Shown here piece after piece: positions 1 to 13,049 of a DNA stretch of 64,000 bases (its first letter is position 1; every line of letters starts with the position of its first letter). The stretch spans positions 65,906,001-65,970,000 of the forward strand of contig OX597818.1 in NCBI GenBank assembly GCA_951406725.2. Reading direction: 5' to 3'. The notes under the pieces were generated by a model. That model saw only the letters and a program-made list of their open reading frames with translations. It was not told where the DNA came from and did not search any database. Origin of the DNA: Octopus vulgaris. Lineage: Eukaryota. The translations under genes and the position numbers were made by a program.

Positions 1-630
1 CGAATAATTCATAATGATTACGTGACAAAAATATATACTTTGATGTGTCTTTCTGCCGTATGTTATTTGAAATTCTCACACAGTCCCATAAAAGATATAT
101 GGAAGCCGTTAATTGAAAATAACAGCGACAATATGACACCAATATTTATTTTAATGTACCAAGAGACAGAGACAGACATTTTTTGTTAATCAAAGCTGGA
201 CGCGATATAAGTAAATAAACAGATGACATTGTCTAGCAATCTAATAATTCTACACTCATTACCTTTTCTTCACAATCATCTCTCTTATGAATGGTGTATC
301 GATAGGCAAATGTTATGAATGGAAGTTTATTCAACTGAATGGCATAATATAGATTTAATGTGATATACATTGCAACAGAGTAGACAGCATTGATTCCTTT
401 AAAATACGAAAGATAATTATCCGAACGTAATATTTACGATAACAGAAATTATTTAAAGGTATTAGAAATATGATTGTTTTTTTCTAAGTACAAAGGATCA
501 TATCAAATTAATGATGTTTAAGTAATTCCCAAATATGACCTCCTATATAGGAGCACATTCGAATGAATTTCGCCCTCCTCGCGTGTATCATATTACTATA
601 TACATATAAGAATATATACTGTGTGTATAA

Positions 631-1216
631 GTCAGCGAGCTGGCAGAAACGTTAGCACGCCGGGCGAAATGCTTAGCGGTATTTCGTCTGCGTTACGTTG
701 TGAGTTCAAATTCCGCCGAGGTCGACTTTGCCTTTCATCCTTTCGGGGTCGATAAATTAAGTACCAGTTACGCACTGGGGTCGATATAATCGACTTAATA
801 CCTATGTCTGTCCTTGTTTATCTCCTCTGTGTTTAGCCCCTTGTGGGTAATAAAGAAATAGGTATTTCGCCTGTCTTTACGTTCTGAGTTCAAATTCCGC
901 CGAGGTCGACTTTGCCTTTCATCCTTTCGGGGCTGATAAATTAAGTGCAAGTTACGCACTGGGGGGTCGATTTAATCGAATTAATCCCTTTGTCTGTCCT
1001 TCTTTGTCCACTCTATGTTTAGCCCCTTGTGGGTAGAAACGAAACAGGAATTTCGTCTGCCGTTACGTTCTGAATTCAAATTCCGCCGAGGTCGCTTTTG
1101 CCTTTCATCCCTATGGGGTCGATAAATTTAGTACCAGTTTTGTACTGGGGTGGATCCAATTGACTTGCCCAACATCACCAAAAATTCCGTGCCTTGTGCC
1201 TAGAGTAGTAAAGAAT
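631..1216 (+). mobile_element. tRNA-derived SINE family A, head-to-tail trimer
   Basis: A-box-like GAGCTGGCAGAAACGTTAG and B-box GAGTTCAAATTCC. Core GTCGACTTTGCCTTTCATCCTTTCGGGGTCGATAAA..AGTACCAG occurs three times (units ~631-860, 861-1046, 1047-1216). Many other copies in the window. Confidence 0.9.
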
Positions 1217-1615
1217 ATGTACTATATGTATGCTTCAGAAAACTGTGGTAAGAGATGCAAGTTAGGATTTGCGATGAACAGGTGATTCATATCTGGATCC
1301 AGATCTGTTTATTCAGGTCCAACAATGAACTACATTTCGGCTTACCTTCGAACTCAATCATGATATATGTTGTATGCTGTTGTTAGCTCGCGATTTGTAA
1401 CGGGTTTCTTCATAGGCTAATGGGCTAAAACCAGCACAGAATAGTAATTTAAAAGTTTACCTCACCTGTTTTAATGCAATTTCACCGATTCTGTGCTGAG
1501 GCCGTATTCACTCCCTACTCTATTTGAAAAATAATGGCATATAAAGAAACTGCAGCGATTTATTACGATTATATTATTCATGTTGTATTCTACATCCCAT
1601 AATAGCTTATTAATA

Positions 1616-2215
1616 TATTGATCTCAAGTTTCGGTACAAAGCCAGCAATTTCGGTGGACGAGAAACGTCGTTTACATCAACCCCAGTCGATCTGTGGGGT
1701 CGATGTAATCGACTTACTCCCTATCTTGAAATTGCTGGCCCTGCTCCTAAAATTTAAAAACCAATATATTAGTATTAATATAAGGCAGTGATCTTGCTGA
1801 ATCGTTAGCCCACCGGTTAAAATGCTTTGCAGCAATTCGTCAACCTTTACTTTCTGTGTTCAAATTATGCCGAGACCTAAATTAACATGCTGTCGTGGTC
1901 GATAAAATAAGTACTAGTTAAAAAAATGGTGTTGATGAGATCAGCATATCTCTTCTCCGAACTACCTAGCCTTGCGCCAAAATATTAGACCAATATTATT
2001 CGTATTAATATGGCTGCCTGTTAACAGGATCATTGGCAAAATTAGTAAAATGCTTAATGTCGTTTCGACCGTGTACAAGTCCAGAGTTCAAATTTCTCCG
2101 AGGTAAAGATCACCTGCATTCGTTCGGAGTCGATAAAATAAGGATCTTTTAAGTAATAGGATCGATGTTAACAGTTTAATCCTAGACGCAAAATTGCTGG
2201 TCGCATTCCAAATAT
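1616..2215. mobile_element. Cluster of older, degenerate SINE-A-related copies
   Basis: Inverted pair of 3' tails (1616-1765), then two diverged + strand copies (~1782-1997, ~2010-2215) with recognisable GTTCAAATT and GTCGATAAAATAAG. Confidence 0.65.
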
Positions 2216-2288
2216 AGCAGGATGTAGGAGAAGAATAGACTCTTCCACACAGTACATACTTTCCTATATCCTGATAGATATGTGTGAA

Positions 2289-2713
2289 AGGCGGCGAGTT
2301 TGCAGAAACGTTAGCACGCCAGAAGAAATGCGCAGCCGTATTTCGTCTGCCGTTACGTTCTGAGATCAAATTCCACCAAGGTCGACTTTGCCTTTCATCC
2401 TTTCGGGATCGATTAAATAAGTACCAGTTACGCACTGGAGTCGATATAATCGATTTAAACCGTGTGTCTGTCCTTGTTTGTCCCCTCTGTGTTTAACCCC
2501 TTGTGTGTAGTAAAGAAATAGAAATAGGTATTTCGTCTGCCGTTACGTTCTGAGTTCAAATTCCAGCGAGGTCGACTTTGCCTTTCATCCTTTCGGGATC
2601 GATTAAATAAGTACCAGTTGCGCACTGGGATCGATTTAATCGACTTAATCCCTTTGTCTGTCCTTGTTTGTCCCCTATATATTTAGCCCATTGTGGGTAG
2701 TAAAGAAATAGGT
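2289..2713 (+). mobile_element. SINE family A dimer
   Basis: Same head and core, two units. Imperfect TSD TAGATATGTGTGAA / TAGAAGTGTGTGAA. Confidence 0.9.
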
Positions 2714-3309
2714 AGAAGTGTGTGAATCATTGTTTATTAAAGCAGCTATTAACGACGAAGTGTATCGCATCCGATTATTTTTGGACAAACTAAATATTGA
2801 AAAATATTACTTAATTGCTTAGAGACAAGTAAACCGTAGAGGAAAATATTTTCCAAACATAACTCGAATATTATGATTGGAATCTAGAATAAATAAACAA
2901 ATAAACGCTTCATTTTTATGTCAGAAGATTAGTTCGGAAAAATAACTAAATTATTTTTATTTTATTTTATTGATTTGTCTCAATTCTTGCTGGAAATTAG
3001 TAATGAAAAATTTGATTGAAATAAAATTAAATATGAAATTGGCTTCAACCTTTCTCCCAGGCATAGAGTCAAAATTAAAATTTTAAAAAATAGTGTAATA
3101 TTAAGTGTAAAAATAATTTTAGGAAATATAATTCATTCCAAGAGTTGTACATATTTGGCAGTTTTATTCTTTAATTTTTCCTTCGATATTTTAGTAATTG
3201 TTGAAATGTGAAATTTCATAAGGTTTAATTTGTAAATTTATTCCCTCTTATAATTAGTAGCAACACGTGCACTCGTTACTGCAAAAATTCAATACGTACT
3301 TACAAACAC

Positions 3310-3610
<301 letters not shown>

Positions 3611-4950
3611 CCCATGTAATGAAATACGTATGTAACTATATATACAGTTTAAGCACCGTTAAAGTAAACAGACTGCAGAAATTTATGCAGATGCATGTAC
3701 GCATATACATATATAGGTGTTTCGGGAGAATAGGGAGAAGGGGAGAGAGAGGGGCTGACTAACACAGGTGATATACATGTGTATGCACGAGTGTGTATAA
3801 TTTTGTGTGTGCGTATGTGTATATACGCATGTGTGCATTTTTTTGTGTATGTGTATGTATGTGTGTGTATTCGGTATATTTCAATGGCAAAATGTAAGGA
3901 AAATATCGTAGAAATAATCATTTAATCAAAGTTGCGTTTACTCACAGCTTCTATCCAATCTTTTTTTCCTATTATCATTAAACTAAAGTTTATTATGCAA
4001 GTACCCTTGCTCATCATGTTTTGGGAACTCGCAGACGTTATTATAATCTGAGATGCTAAAATCAGCGCGGAAAGCAGTAGGTCTACCCACATGGTGCACC
4101 ATTTTATGCGACGTATCCTGGAAACGATGTGGAATAAATATCCAATTCGTGAGGTTTTGATCGATCTAGATGAAATTTTACCTTCTCGCCATGTTTGGCA
4201 CAAGTTACACTTTTTTAAAGAATCACATAGAATTGTAAAAGAGTGTCTTAGTTTAGTGAAAAGAGTCGAAATGCTGAGTATGGAACTGGAGGAAGACACG
4301 TAAAGATTATTTCATTTCATTTTATTGACATCCGAAATCCCGCATGTACAATTGAATAGATTACTTAGAGAAGTATCTCAACTGCTAACAAGATTAAGCA
4401 TTAATTTCTGCATTAAGATAAGGAGATTCGCATGAAATATTTCTATTACACGGATTCAAAACAACGGATTTAACTATGTCTACTCTTTAGACAACTTTAA
4501 TTACCCCACGTTCGACGATACAACTCATATTTATGGGTGCTTACTGAAACTCATTGATCGATTACGTGCCGGTGTGAGAATTCTGAAGGCTTTTGATAAA
4601 AAGAGTTGTCTTTAGCGAATTTGTGATATTTCGTATTCATTCCCGAACATCAATATACTTACTGTATATGCACGCACAATGCACTCCACAGTACTTACCA
4701 TTCACCGTACTCAGGAAACGGCTGTAAAATATTACCCGAAATCTCCCCTGAATGATCTATGATATTAAAGTATAACTCTCCTGATGTCTACCTGTGAAAA
4801 ACTGTTATAAAGGATTTTCCAGATTACCTTGGGTAGCTATCTTCGAGAAACTGCTATCATCTATCACTTATTCGACATTCTCGTTTGAATTTCTGCATTA
4901 TTTGTATATTTATACTCACATCTGTGTAATTATTACATAAATGTCTGCAT

Positions 4951-5114
4951 AGGCGCAGGAGTGTCTGTGTGACAAGTAGATTGCTTACCAACAACATGAT
5001 TCTGGGTTCAGTCCCGCTCCGTGGCAACTTAGGCAATGGCTTTCTTAAATAGCCTCGTGCCGACCTAAGTCATGTTAGTGAATTTTGTAGACGGAAACTT
5101 AAAGAAGCCCTTCG
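4951..5114 (+). mobile_element. tRNA-derived SINE family B (CORE-like), 5' half
   Basis: AGGCGCAGGAGTG..GGGTTCAGTCCC..GTAGACGGAAACT..AAGAAGCCC matches the fuller copy at 37399. Confidence 0.8.
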
Positions 5115-5124
5115 TGTATATATA

Positions 5125-6850
5125 TATACACATATAAAACTGAGAATGCGTGTCTATCTGTCTGTCTGTTTGTGTGTTTCCTTAAAACTTGAGAACTACA
5201 CAACCAATTTCATTCAAATTTTACACATGCCTTACTTGGGGTCCGCGGAGTGTCATCGGCAAAAAGTTTTTCTAACTTGTTGCCTAGGGCAAGCCCACAG
5301 AAATATCATATCTTCTCCAATAAGATTCCCTAAAACTTGAGAACTGCACAACCAATTTCCTTCAAATTTTACACATGCCTTACTTAGGGTCCATGTAGTT
5401 TCATGGGTAAAAATAATGTTCAACAGGTTGCCTAGAGCGAGCCCATAGCAATATCATATCTTCTCCACTATTTCAGTATTACGTGTTAAAAGTGAAACAA
5501 ATACATTTCTCTATTTTATGTCAGATACTTTCACTTTAACAATAAAAAATTAGAGATAATAATAGCTATTGAATTATTTGTAGTAAGTAATAACTAAAAT
5601 CAAACTAAAGTATAATATAATAATTAAATCGTACCATAACAATTAAAAGTAAAAATAGCAATTGGTATAAAATTGCATCAATGACTTGAACATGAATAAT
5701 TGGTTTCACATGAATGGGAATAAATTAAATATAAAATTTAAGTGCCGAAATGGAATAGTCCAGATTGAGCTGTGCACATACCCTTTAGCACGGCTTTTAC
5801 ATTAGATTATCTGCTAATTAGCTAGCATTAAGTATCTATATGAGGTTTGGCTGTATGTAATGTCTGTTTTCTCGAACAGACGCTTCTACTAAATACTGCT
5901 GTTGGTTTATTTCTGATTCATAAAGGACTATAGCTTCAACAGAGTACTGGTTTTTGATTCACCGTAAGGTTTGTTGTTGTTATTATTACTGTTTAACTAT
6001 TGCTATCACGTTTGTTGGTTCCTCGAAATGGAAACGTTGATGTGTTTCATTTGTTAAATAATTGTAAACCGTAACCGTCCCCATTTCGGAGAAGGATCTT
6101 TGGTTATTGTTTAAAAATTGAATTGTGTCCCTGTTTGGGAAGATTGACAATATTTTCACCTTTTATACGGAAGCATTTTTGTTAAAGTGTCTTCGATAGA
6201 AGAAAGTCAAAAAATGAATTTGGCTGCAACCGTCGGCGGGCGCGAACTCATTAAAATTAAAATGGAAGAAATACAAACCTATCTCGGATTGATCACTGAC
6301 TAAAACGGTGAATCTAGGATAACACCACCAAACGAAATAAAAAATTAAATTAAAGAAAAGACTATTGTCTGGAGGAAAGCACCATTGAAAAGTGTCTTGG
6401 TGCGACTATGAAAGATATCAAGTATCTAACCAGAGGCGGTAAATTCGCCACAATAGAAGCAATCTTCGAGTCAACGGAGTATGCAAGGGAGTACTCGACT
6501 CGAACCTTGCAAAGTGGAAATATTTTATTTTCACCTTTATATCTGGGACGTAAGACGTTCCGGATAAAAATTTAAAATGTCCCCCCAGAAGTAGAGGTAG
6601 GCCGGATTGTAGCCACACTTGTATACAAGAGGTAGGACACAATACAATTGATCGAAATTGCAAGAGACGGGCCTACAATTCCAGTCTGTTATACGTTTTG
6701 AGTATTGTTATCACTAGTGATATCAAGATATAATTTGTATTTTATGCGTAGATGTATATATATAGATGTACGTGTAATATGTACACATATATATACACAT
6801 ATATACATGCACTAGCCCTATGACCCGGCAACGCCGGGTCATAATGCTAG
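5125..6850 (+). mobile_element. Non-autonomous Helitron-like element
   Basis: 3' GC hairpin TATGACCCGGC-AAC-GCCGGGTCATA (6819-6843) then CTAG|T (6847-6850). 5' ..TATAAAACTGAGAATG + (TCTG)n and a ~150-bp internal tandem duplication (5180-5470). The 5' TC is not preserved, so the 5' boundary is approximate. Confidence 0.65.
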
Positions 6851-6907
<57 letters not shown>

Positions 6908-6916
6908 ATGTATATA

Positions 6917-7149
6917 TATTTCTTTACTACCCACAAGGGGCTAAACACAGAGGGGACAAACAAGGACAGACAAACGGATTAAGTCGATTAGATCGACCCC
7001 AGTGCGTAACTGGTACTTAATTTATCGACCCCGAAAGGATGAAAGGCAAAGTCGACCTCGGCGGAATTTGAACTCACAACGTAACGACAGACGAAATACG
7101 GCTACGCATTTCGTCCGGCGTGCTAACGTTTCTGCCAGCTCGCCGCCTT
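6917..7149 (-). mobile_element. SINE family A monomer
   Basis: Reverse complement of the family A head and core, near-consensus. Confidence 0.9.
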
Positions 7150-7216
7150 ATGTGTGTATGTGTGTATGTGTGTATGTTTGGGGCTAAAACGACAGTGACA
7201 CCGTCTTTTACAGGAC

Positions 7217-7247
<31 letters not shown>

Positions 7248-7379
7248 AACAGAAGTAAAAATGCACACACATCCACCAACGGTTAGATATGGGTGGATAC
7301 CAGGAAATGGGGAATTTGTTTAAGTTTGCTTTAATAATATAAATATTCGGATATTTATTTAAATAGCATCCATTTCTTG

Positions 7380-8263
7380 TTTTTGTTGAGACACGAAGAA
7401 ATATATTCAAATTTCAACTGTAATTACGTTACTTGCACCAATTTCCCATGAAGGCAAAAGTTTACATAGAAACTTACCCGGAAGAAGAGGGATAACACTA
7501 ATTGTTTATATACAATGCTGAAGATCGCTGGTATTAAATTAGGCTCTGCAATAATCTAAGTTGAGCTGCATCCCTATTTGAAAATTGTTTAATAAAATGT
7601 TTATATCTCGAATGATCTTAAGTACGTGCAATCTTGGACACACATTCATAAATAAATGCATATCACAATGTACCAATTTATCATTGTCGGATTCCAGCAG
7701 ATTAATTTGTTGCAAACTCCAATGACAAACGGCCACTGGAATTTGTTTCAGATATTCTGTCAGTTAACACCTGGCAAAAGTTTCATGACACCACGTTGAA
7801 GATATCTTGTCAACTCAATAATTTAAAGTAAGATGAATAGATTTTTTAAAATATCCAAAGCAAAGATATTAAATATATGATAAAAAAGAATATGTTAAAC
7901 TGTTAAGCCATTACAAGTAAGAATATTATATGACTTCGCAACGTTTTAATTTATTTAAAAAAAATTTTCAGTTTGTAAATATAGTTTTAGAATTCGTGAA
8001 TCATCATCGTCATAACTTATGGCGAATTGATCATAATTGTCTGAAAGATTTTCAGAGATATACATTCCAATGCATCAATGTCAAAAGTGTCGTCTGCTGA
8101 GCAGGCGATAATCCTGTTTCAACTGAAATCTCTGTGGATACATTGTGTATGACACACGATTTTCACTAACATTGCGTGTGCTCTACATTTTGAGCCTCTC
8201 AGTAAATATTAGAAAATTATTGTGTATTATGAATTAATACATTTCTTCGTGTCTCAACAAAAA
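7380..8263. mobile_element. Unclassified element bounded by ~28-bp inverted repeats
   Basis: TTTTTGTTGAGACACGAAGAAATATATT (7380-7407) vs AATACATTTCTTCGTGTCTCAACAAAAA (8236-8263), one mismatch. Confidence 0.55.
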
Positions 8264-8791
8264 TAGTGTACCGTCTCATGACAAGTAATAGTGGAGAAAT
8301 AATTTTTGTGGCGAAATATTTTTTGTCACAGTAGGTAATTTCATAAAAGTCGAATTATAATTACGCATATTTGCTAGTAACGCCCATGGTAGCAAAACTA
8401 CACTTCCGCCGTCATATGACGTTGAACTCATTAATGTGTGAGTTTTATTTCAACACTTGTTCTGGTTTATATACATTTGACACGTTTTGCTAAAAAGTCT
8501 TAATTCAGTGAATCCCTCAGAGATTATGAATTCATCTGTTGTCTTATACTTGTTGCAGTCATTAGGCGACTCCACTGCTTGATTATTTTAATAACTGTTA
8601 TTTAGTCGATCGTTTCTTTTGCCGAAGCCCTAAGATTGGCAGATATAAACAAACCAACAGCGGTTATCAAGTGGTGGTGAGGGACAAAGACTCAAATACA
8701 CTTACACACACACACACACATATATATTATATATATATATATACATATATATATAAATAAATGAAAGAATGGAGTCGAACGAAGATGTTAA

Positions 8792-8873
<82 letters not shown>

Positions 8874-8966
8874 GATAGAATGGAGTCGAACGAAGAGGTT
8901 AACAAAATTCCTTTACTCTCGACGAATTTTCCATGCTGACGATAAACATAGGATAATTCATTCACC

Positions 8967-9001
<35 letters not shown>

Positions 9002-9659
9002 ATATGTATATACATAATGCATTATCTGAACACCAATGTTCGCCAAATTCCATTGAGCAGACTTATAGAAACATGTGGCCAGAATATTTTTGTAATGTTT
9101 CCTTTCCACAAAAGTACATGTCACAAGTGAGGTTGGAAGAAATGTAAAATGAGAATGTTCAAACCTGTTCTGAAAGGAAGTAAAAACAATAATATTACAA
9201 ACTGTTAATGATATGGATTTTTAAAATTCTTTAAAATATGAATAAAAAACAGATTACTGACAACTGCCACAGACTGAAATAAAATGGATCGAAACCAATT
9301 AAGTTTTCTCACTCATAAAACCATTACATGTAAAACTCAAGTAAATCGGTTAAAATAAAGGTGAAATCTGTGCCAGTAATATCAGTGAACGCGGCAAAAC
9401 GTGGCGGTTAAGAAGGTGCTGAATGGTTAAATCCACATTCCAAAAATTTAGCTTGTTAGAGCCTTTTCAAAGGTGTAAAAATGAATTCAGATATTTTGCT
9501 ACAGTTGTCAAGGACACAATTTTCATTTCAATGCATTTTGAAATCTGATGATTACTACGAACGTATGAAATTGCTAATTGAAATTTATGAACATTACACA
9601 ATGTTTCTCTTAATGTGTAACACACTTTAACAGCGTAAAAATTTTCTATAATACAATAA

Positions 9660-9729
9660 TAAAAAAATTATGAAAACCAGACCATGTTGTAACTTTATAC
9701 AACTGATATATTATTCTATATACATTTAC

Positions 9730-9795
<66 letters not shown>

Positions 9796-9796
9796 A

Positions 9797-9841
<45 letters not shown>

Positions 9842-9942
9842 GTATACATATGTACATATATATATGCATACGTACACATACATACCTATATATGTATGTA
9901 TATGTGTATATACATACATATATAGGTACGTATGCATACGTA

Positions 9943-9979
<37 letters not shown>

Positions 9980-10010
9980 GTATACATATGTATATATATA
10001 TATATATATT
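9660..10010. repeat. (TA)n/(TACA)n microsatellite block
   Basis: Seen directly. Confidence 0.95.
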
Positions 10011-10150
10011 ACGGAGATGTACTTGCATAGCAAGTGACCTGTTCTGAGATCGTGTGCTGAAACGAAAACAATTGCAGCGTGGAAGGTGTTTAAAAGCCAT
10101 TTAAGAAACACACAAAATCCGTTAGATTCACTTCAACATTTAAATTTAAG

Positions 10151-10199
10151 TTGTCAAAATAGTTTCGTCGCTTTGAGACCGCAACCTGTTCACTGACAA
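10151..10199 (-). ncRNA. Minimal type I hammerhead ribozyme motif, G3:C8 core variant
   Basis: Minus strand TTGTCA-GTGAACA-G-GTTGC-ggtctcaaa-GCGAC-GAAA-CTAT-T-T-TGACAA: 6-bp stem I, 5-bp stem II (one G-U), GAAA box. Confidence 0.6.
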
Positions 10200-10217
10200 A
10201 ATACCGTGCATCATACA

Positions 10218-10295
<78 letters not shown>

Positions 10296-11599
10296 TCATA
10301 TATCTATATCTCTACCAATCCATATATCTAACTATATATTAATCCACCATGTCCTGTGTTTCACCCAAATGTCTTGGTCTTTTATCTTTGTAAAAATTTA
10401 TGCCTTTGTGTACTTATTAGAGATTGGCATCCGCTTCCCTGTTTGCTCTGATTGTGCGTGAGATTGCAGCATCGATATCTTGGAATCTAATTATTATCCT
10501 TCTTCTGTACTAGAACGTAATCACCTCCTCATATTCATCGTTCACCAACAACATTCGTTCCTTATATTCTATGTTTCTATGGTCCTTCAAGTCCACGACT
10601 GAATGCTGTTCTGGTAATGAATTTTGTAATTGATTTGAACTTACCACGACACTGTCTCTGATGTCGAGTGAGGTAAATGCTATCAAATTGCCAGTCAATA
10701 ATTTGGATATTCATTTCCCAGCTGGCGGTGACGATATATAAGAAACACGGTTAACTCTTTTTCACCGGCCACATCAACTTTAATTCGCACCATGCATATA
10801 CACACACACATACACAAACAGACACACGCAAACACATTAGCATGTACGCATGTATAAATGTCTGTACATAACACACAAATCTGCATAAACGTACGCATGT
10901 ATAAATGTCTGCACAAAACACATACGCATTGGTATGTATTTTTTTCTGTGTATGTTTACACATACAGGGATGTATGTATTGTTATACAACTTATACAACG
11001 TAGATACGGTTCTTTTCATATTCCATCTAAAGTTTAACTCAATAACAGAAAAATATTTTAGAGACGCGTTTCAGAATTAGACAGGAAAATATTGTTTGAA
11101 ATATCTCCACTTGCCGGTGATTTGTGTCATATTCGTTAGAGAGTTTGTTTCGGTACCGTTTGAATGGGACAAGATCTAGTTTGCTTCGATTTTATTTCGA
11201 ATAATGTTGAATAAAGTAACACCATTTGAGTTTAAATAAAAAATGTGGAAAAGATTTTATATAATGCGAGGTAGATTTTTACATAATGTTAAAGAGATTC
11301 TTTGAGTATATTTAAAAGAAGAAACCGGCGTCGTTTGAACTAGAATGGAATAAATTTCACATTGTGCACAGCATAAATTCTACGACAACGTTGGACAAAC
11401 AAGACAGAGCATTTTTAGATGACTGCAGTATGAAAAAAATTTATGACACTTTTCTTTTCTAAACGGACATTGTAGTGTTTCACATCTCACAATTTCTTGT
11501 GCTCGGTAGAGAAACACTTCGTAAGTTGCATTATACAAAATAAGACCAGAAAAACGTGGGGGCAAATTGGATGTTACAAGTGAATTTTAAATGGTAAGA

Positions 11600-11815
11600 C
11601 TATAAGATCCAAGAGCACATTCTGTCCATCTCAATCGAAGGAGAGGGGCTTTCTCCGTCCGGGTTGCGGATCCGTGGAATAATCTGCCGGACGAGATAGT
11701 GAAGTTGCCGACGACTGCTCGGTTCAAAGTCTAAATTGACCACAAGTGGCCTGAACTCTTTACATGAACACCACCCTGTACATAACTCCATGTCCCCCCA
11801 CATGGCCTTGCTTTT
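11600..11815 (+). mobile_element. CR1-like LINE 3' end fragment
   Basis: Translates AFSVRVADPWNNLPDEIVKLPTTARFKV*ID, matching the CR1 ORF2 C-terminal FSxRVxxxWNxLPxxxV..FKxxLD motif. Confidence 0.7.
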
Positions 11816-12374
11816 TGCCCGAAATATTTGGGGAATGGGCCAGACGATTACATTGACCTCAGTACTCAACTCGTATTTAATTTATCGATCGCGAAAGGAT
11901 GAATGCAAAACCGACCTCGGCAGATTTTGAACTCAGAACGTAAAGGCAGACGAAATACCTATTTCTATTTCTTTACTACCCAGAAGGTGCTAAACACAGA
12001 GAGGACAAACAAGGACAGACAAACGTATAAAGTCGATTACATTGACCCCAGTGTGTATCTGGTACTAAATTTATCGACTCCGAAAGGATGAAAGGCAATG
12101 TCGACCTCGGCGGAATTTGAACTCAGAACGTAACGGCAGACGAAATACCTATTTCTTTACTATCCACAAGGGGCTAAACACAGAGCGGACAAACAAGGAC
12201 AGACAAACAGATTAAGTCATTACATCTACCTCAGTGCGTAAGTGATTTATCAACCCCGAAAGGATGAAAGGCAAAGTCGACCTCGGCGGAATTTGAACGC
12301 AGAAAGTAGCGGCAGACGAAATACCGCTAAGCACCTCGCCCGGCGTGCTAACGTTTCTGCCAGCTCACCGCCTT
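11816..12374 (-). mobile_element. SINE family A trimer
   Basis: Three units with the same junction (GACGAAATACC-TATTTC) as the other multimers. Confidence 0.88.
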
Positions 12375-12464
12375 CCAGCTCGACCGGCTTGGACATCTGT
12401 TTGTTATCATACACACCACACAACACACTTTCGTGACGTTTTGGAGATTACAATAATGAGAAAA

Positions 12465-12535
<71 letters not shown>

Positions 12536-12993
12536 GTATACCCACTGATCCTTTGAGGGAGTCTTTCTTGTCTTGTTACTGTGTGTGGTGTCATTGCTCA
12601 CATCATTATCATTTGTTTTTTGCTAAAAATTCCTGTTGATTTTGCTAATAGTGGTTTATCTCTAATTTAATTTATATATATATATATAATTAGAAATATT
12701 GCACATTTCTAAATCTCTCAGAGAGACTTATAGAGTAGCGGCACGATAAAGTGACGGTTTGTTGCCAACTTAATGTGACAGTCCCATTAAAGGGAAGAAT
12801 GCTACTGTTATTTTGCCCAAGGAAAAACCATTTCCAGTTGGCTATGTGACACAAATTTTCTGTGTCCTTATGTTATCAAACAGGGGAGATAAGAACCTCC
12901 ATCCAGCAAAGCCAGCATCCTGAGACATTGCTCTTCATCAGTCTGGAGTAGCTTGGCTTGCTAGCGGCCGATGCTTATTTACAATCAATATGT

Positions 12994-13049
<56 letters not shown>

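Noticed and set aside
631-1216. Regularly spaced repeats as a CRISPR array
   Set aside because: Whole ~190-bp units repeat with no unique spacers, no cas genes are present, and the context is a eukaryotic SINE.
2088-2496. Recurrent MRNWYLIYRPRKDERQSRPRRNL ORFs
   Set aside because: Antisense translations of SINE-A copies.
3922-4303. Overlapping ORFs as a gene or pogo/Tigger remnant
   Set aside because: Only vague resemblance; no diagnostic motif, TIR or splice support.
12905-12947. Minus-strand CTGATGA-A-GAG..CTC as an HHR
   Set aside because: No GAAA box follows stem II; at most a relic.
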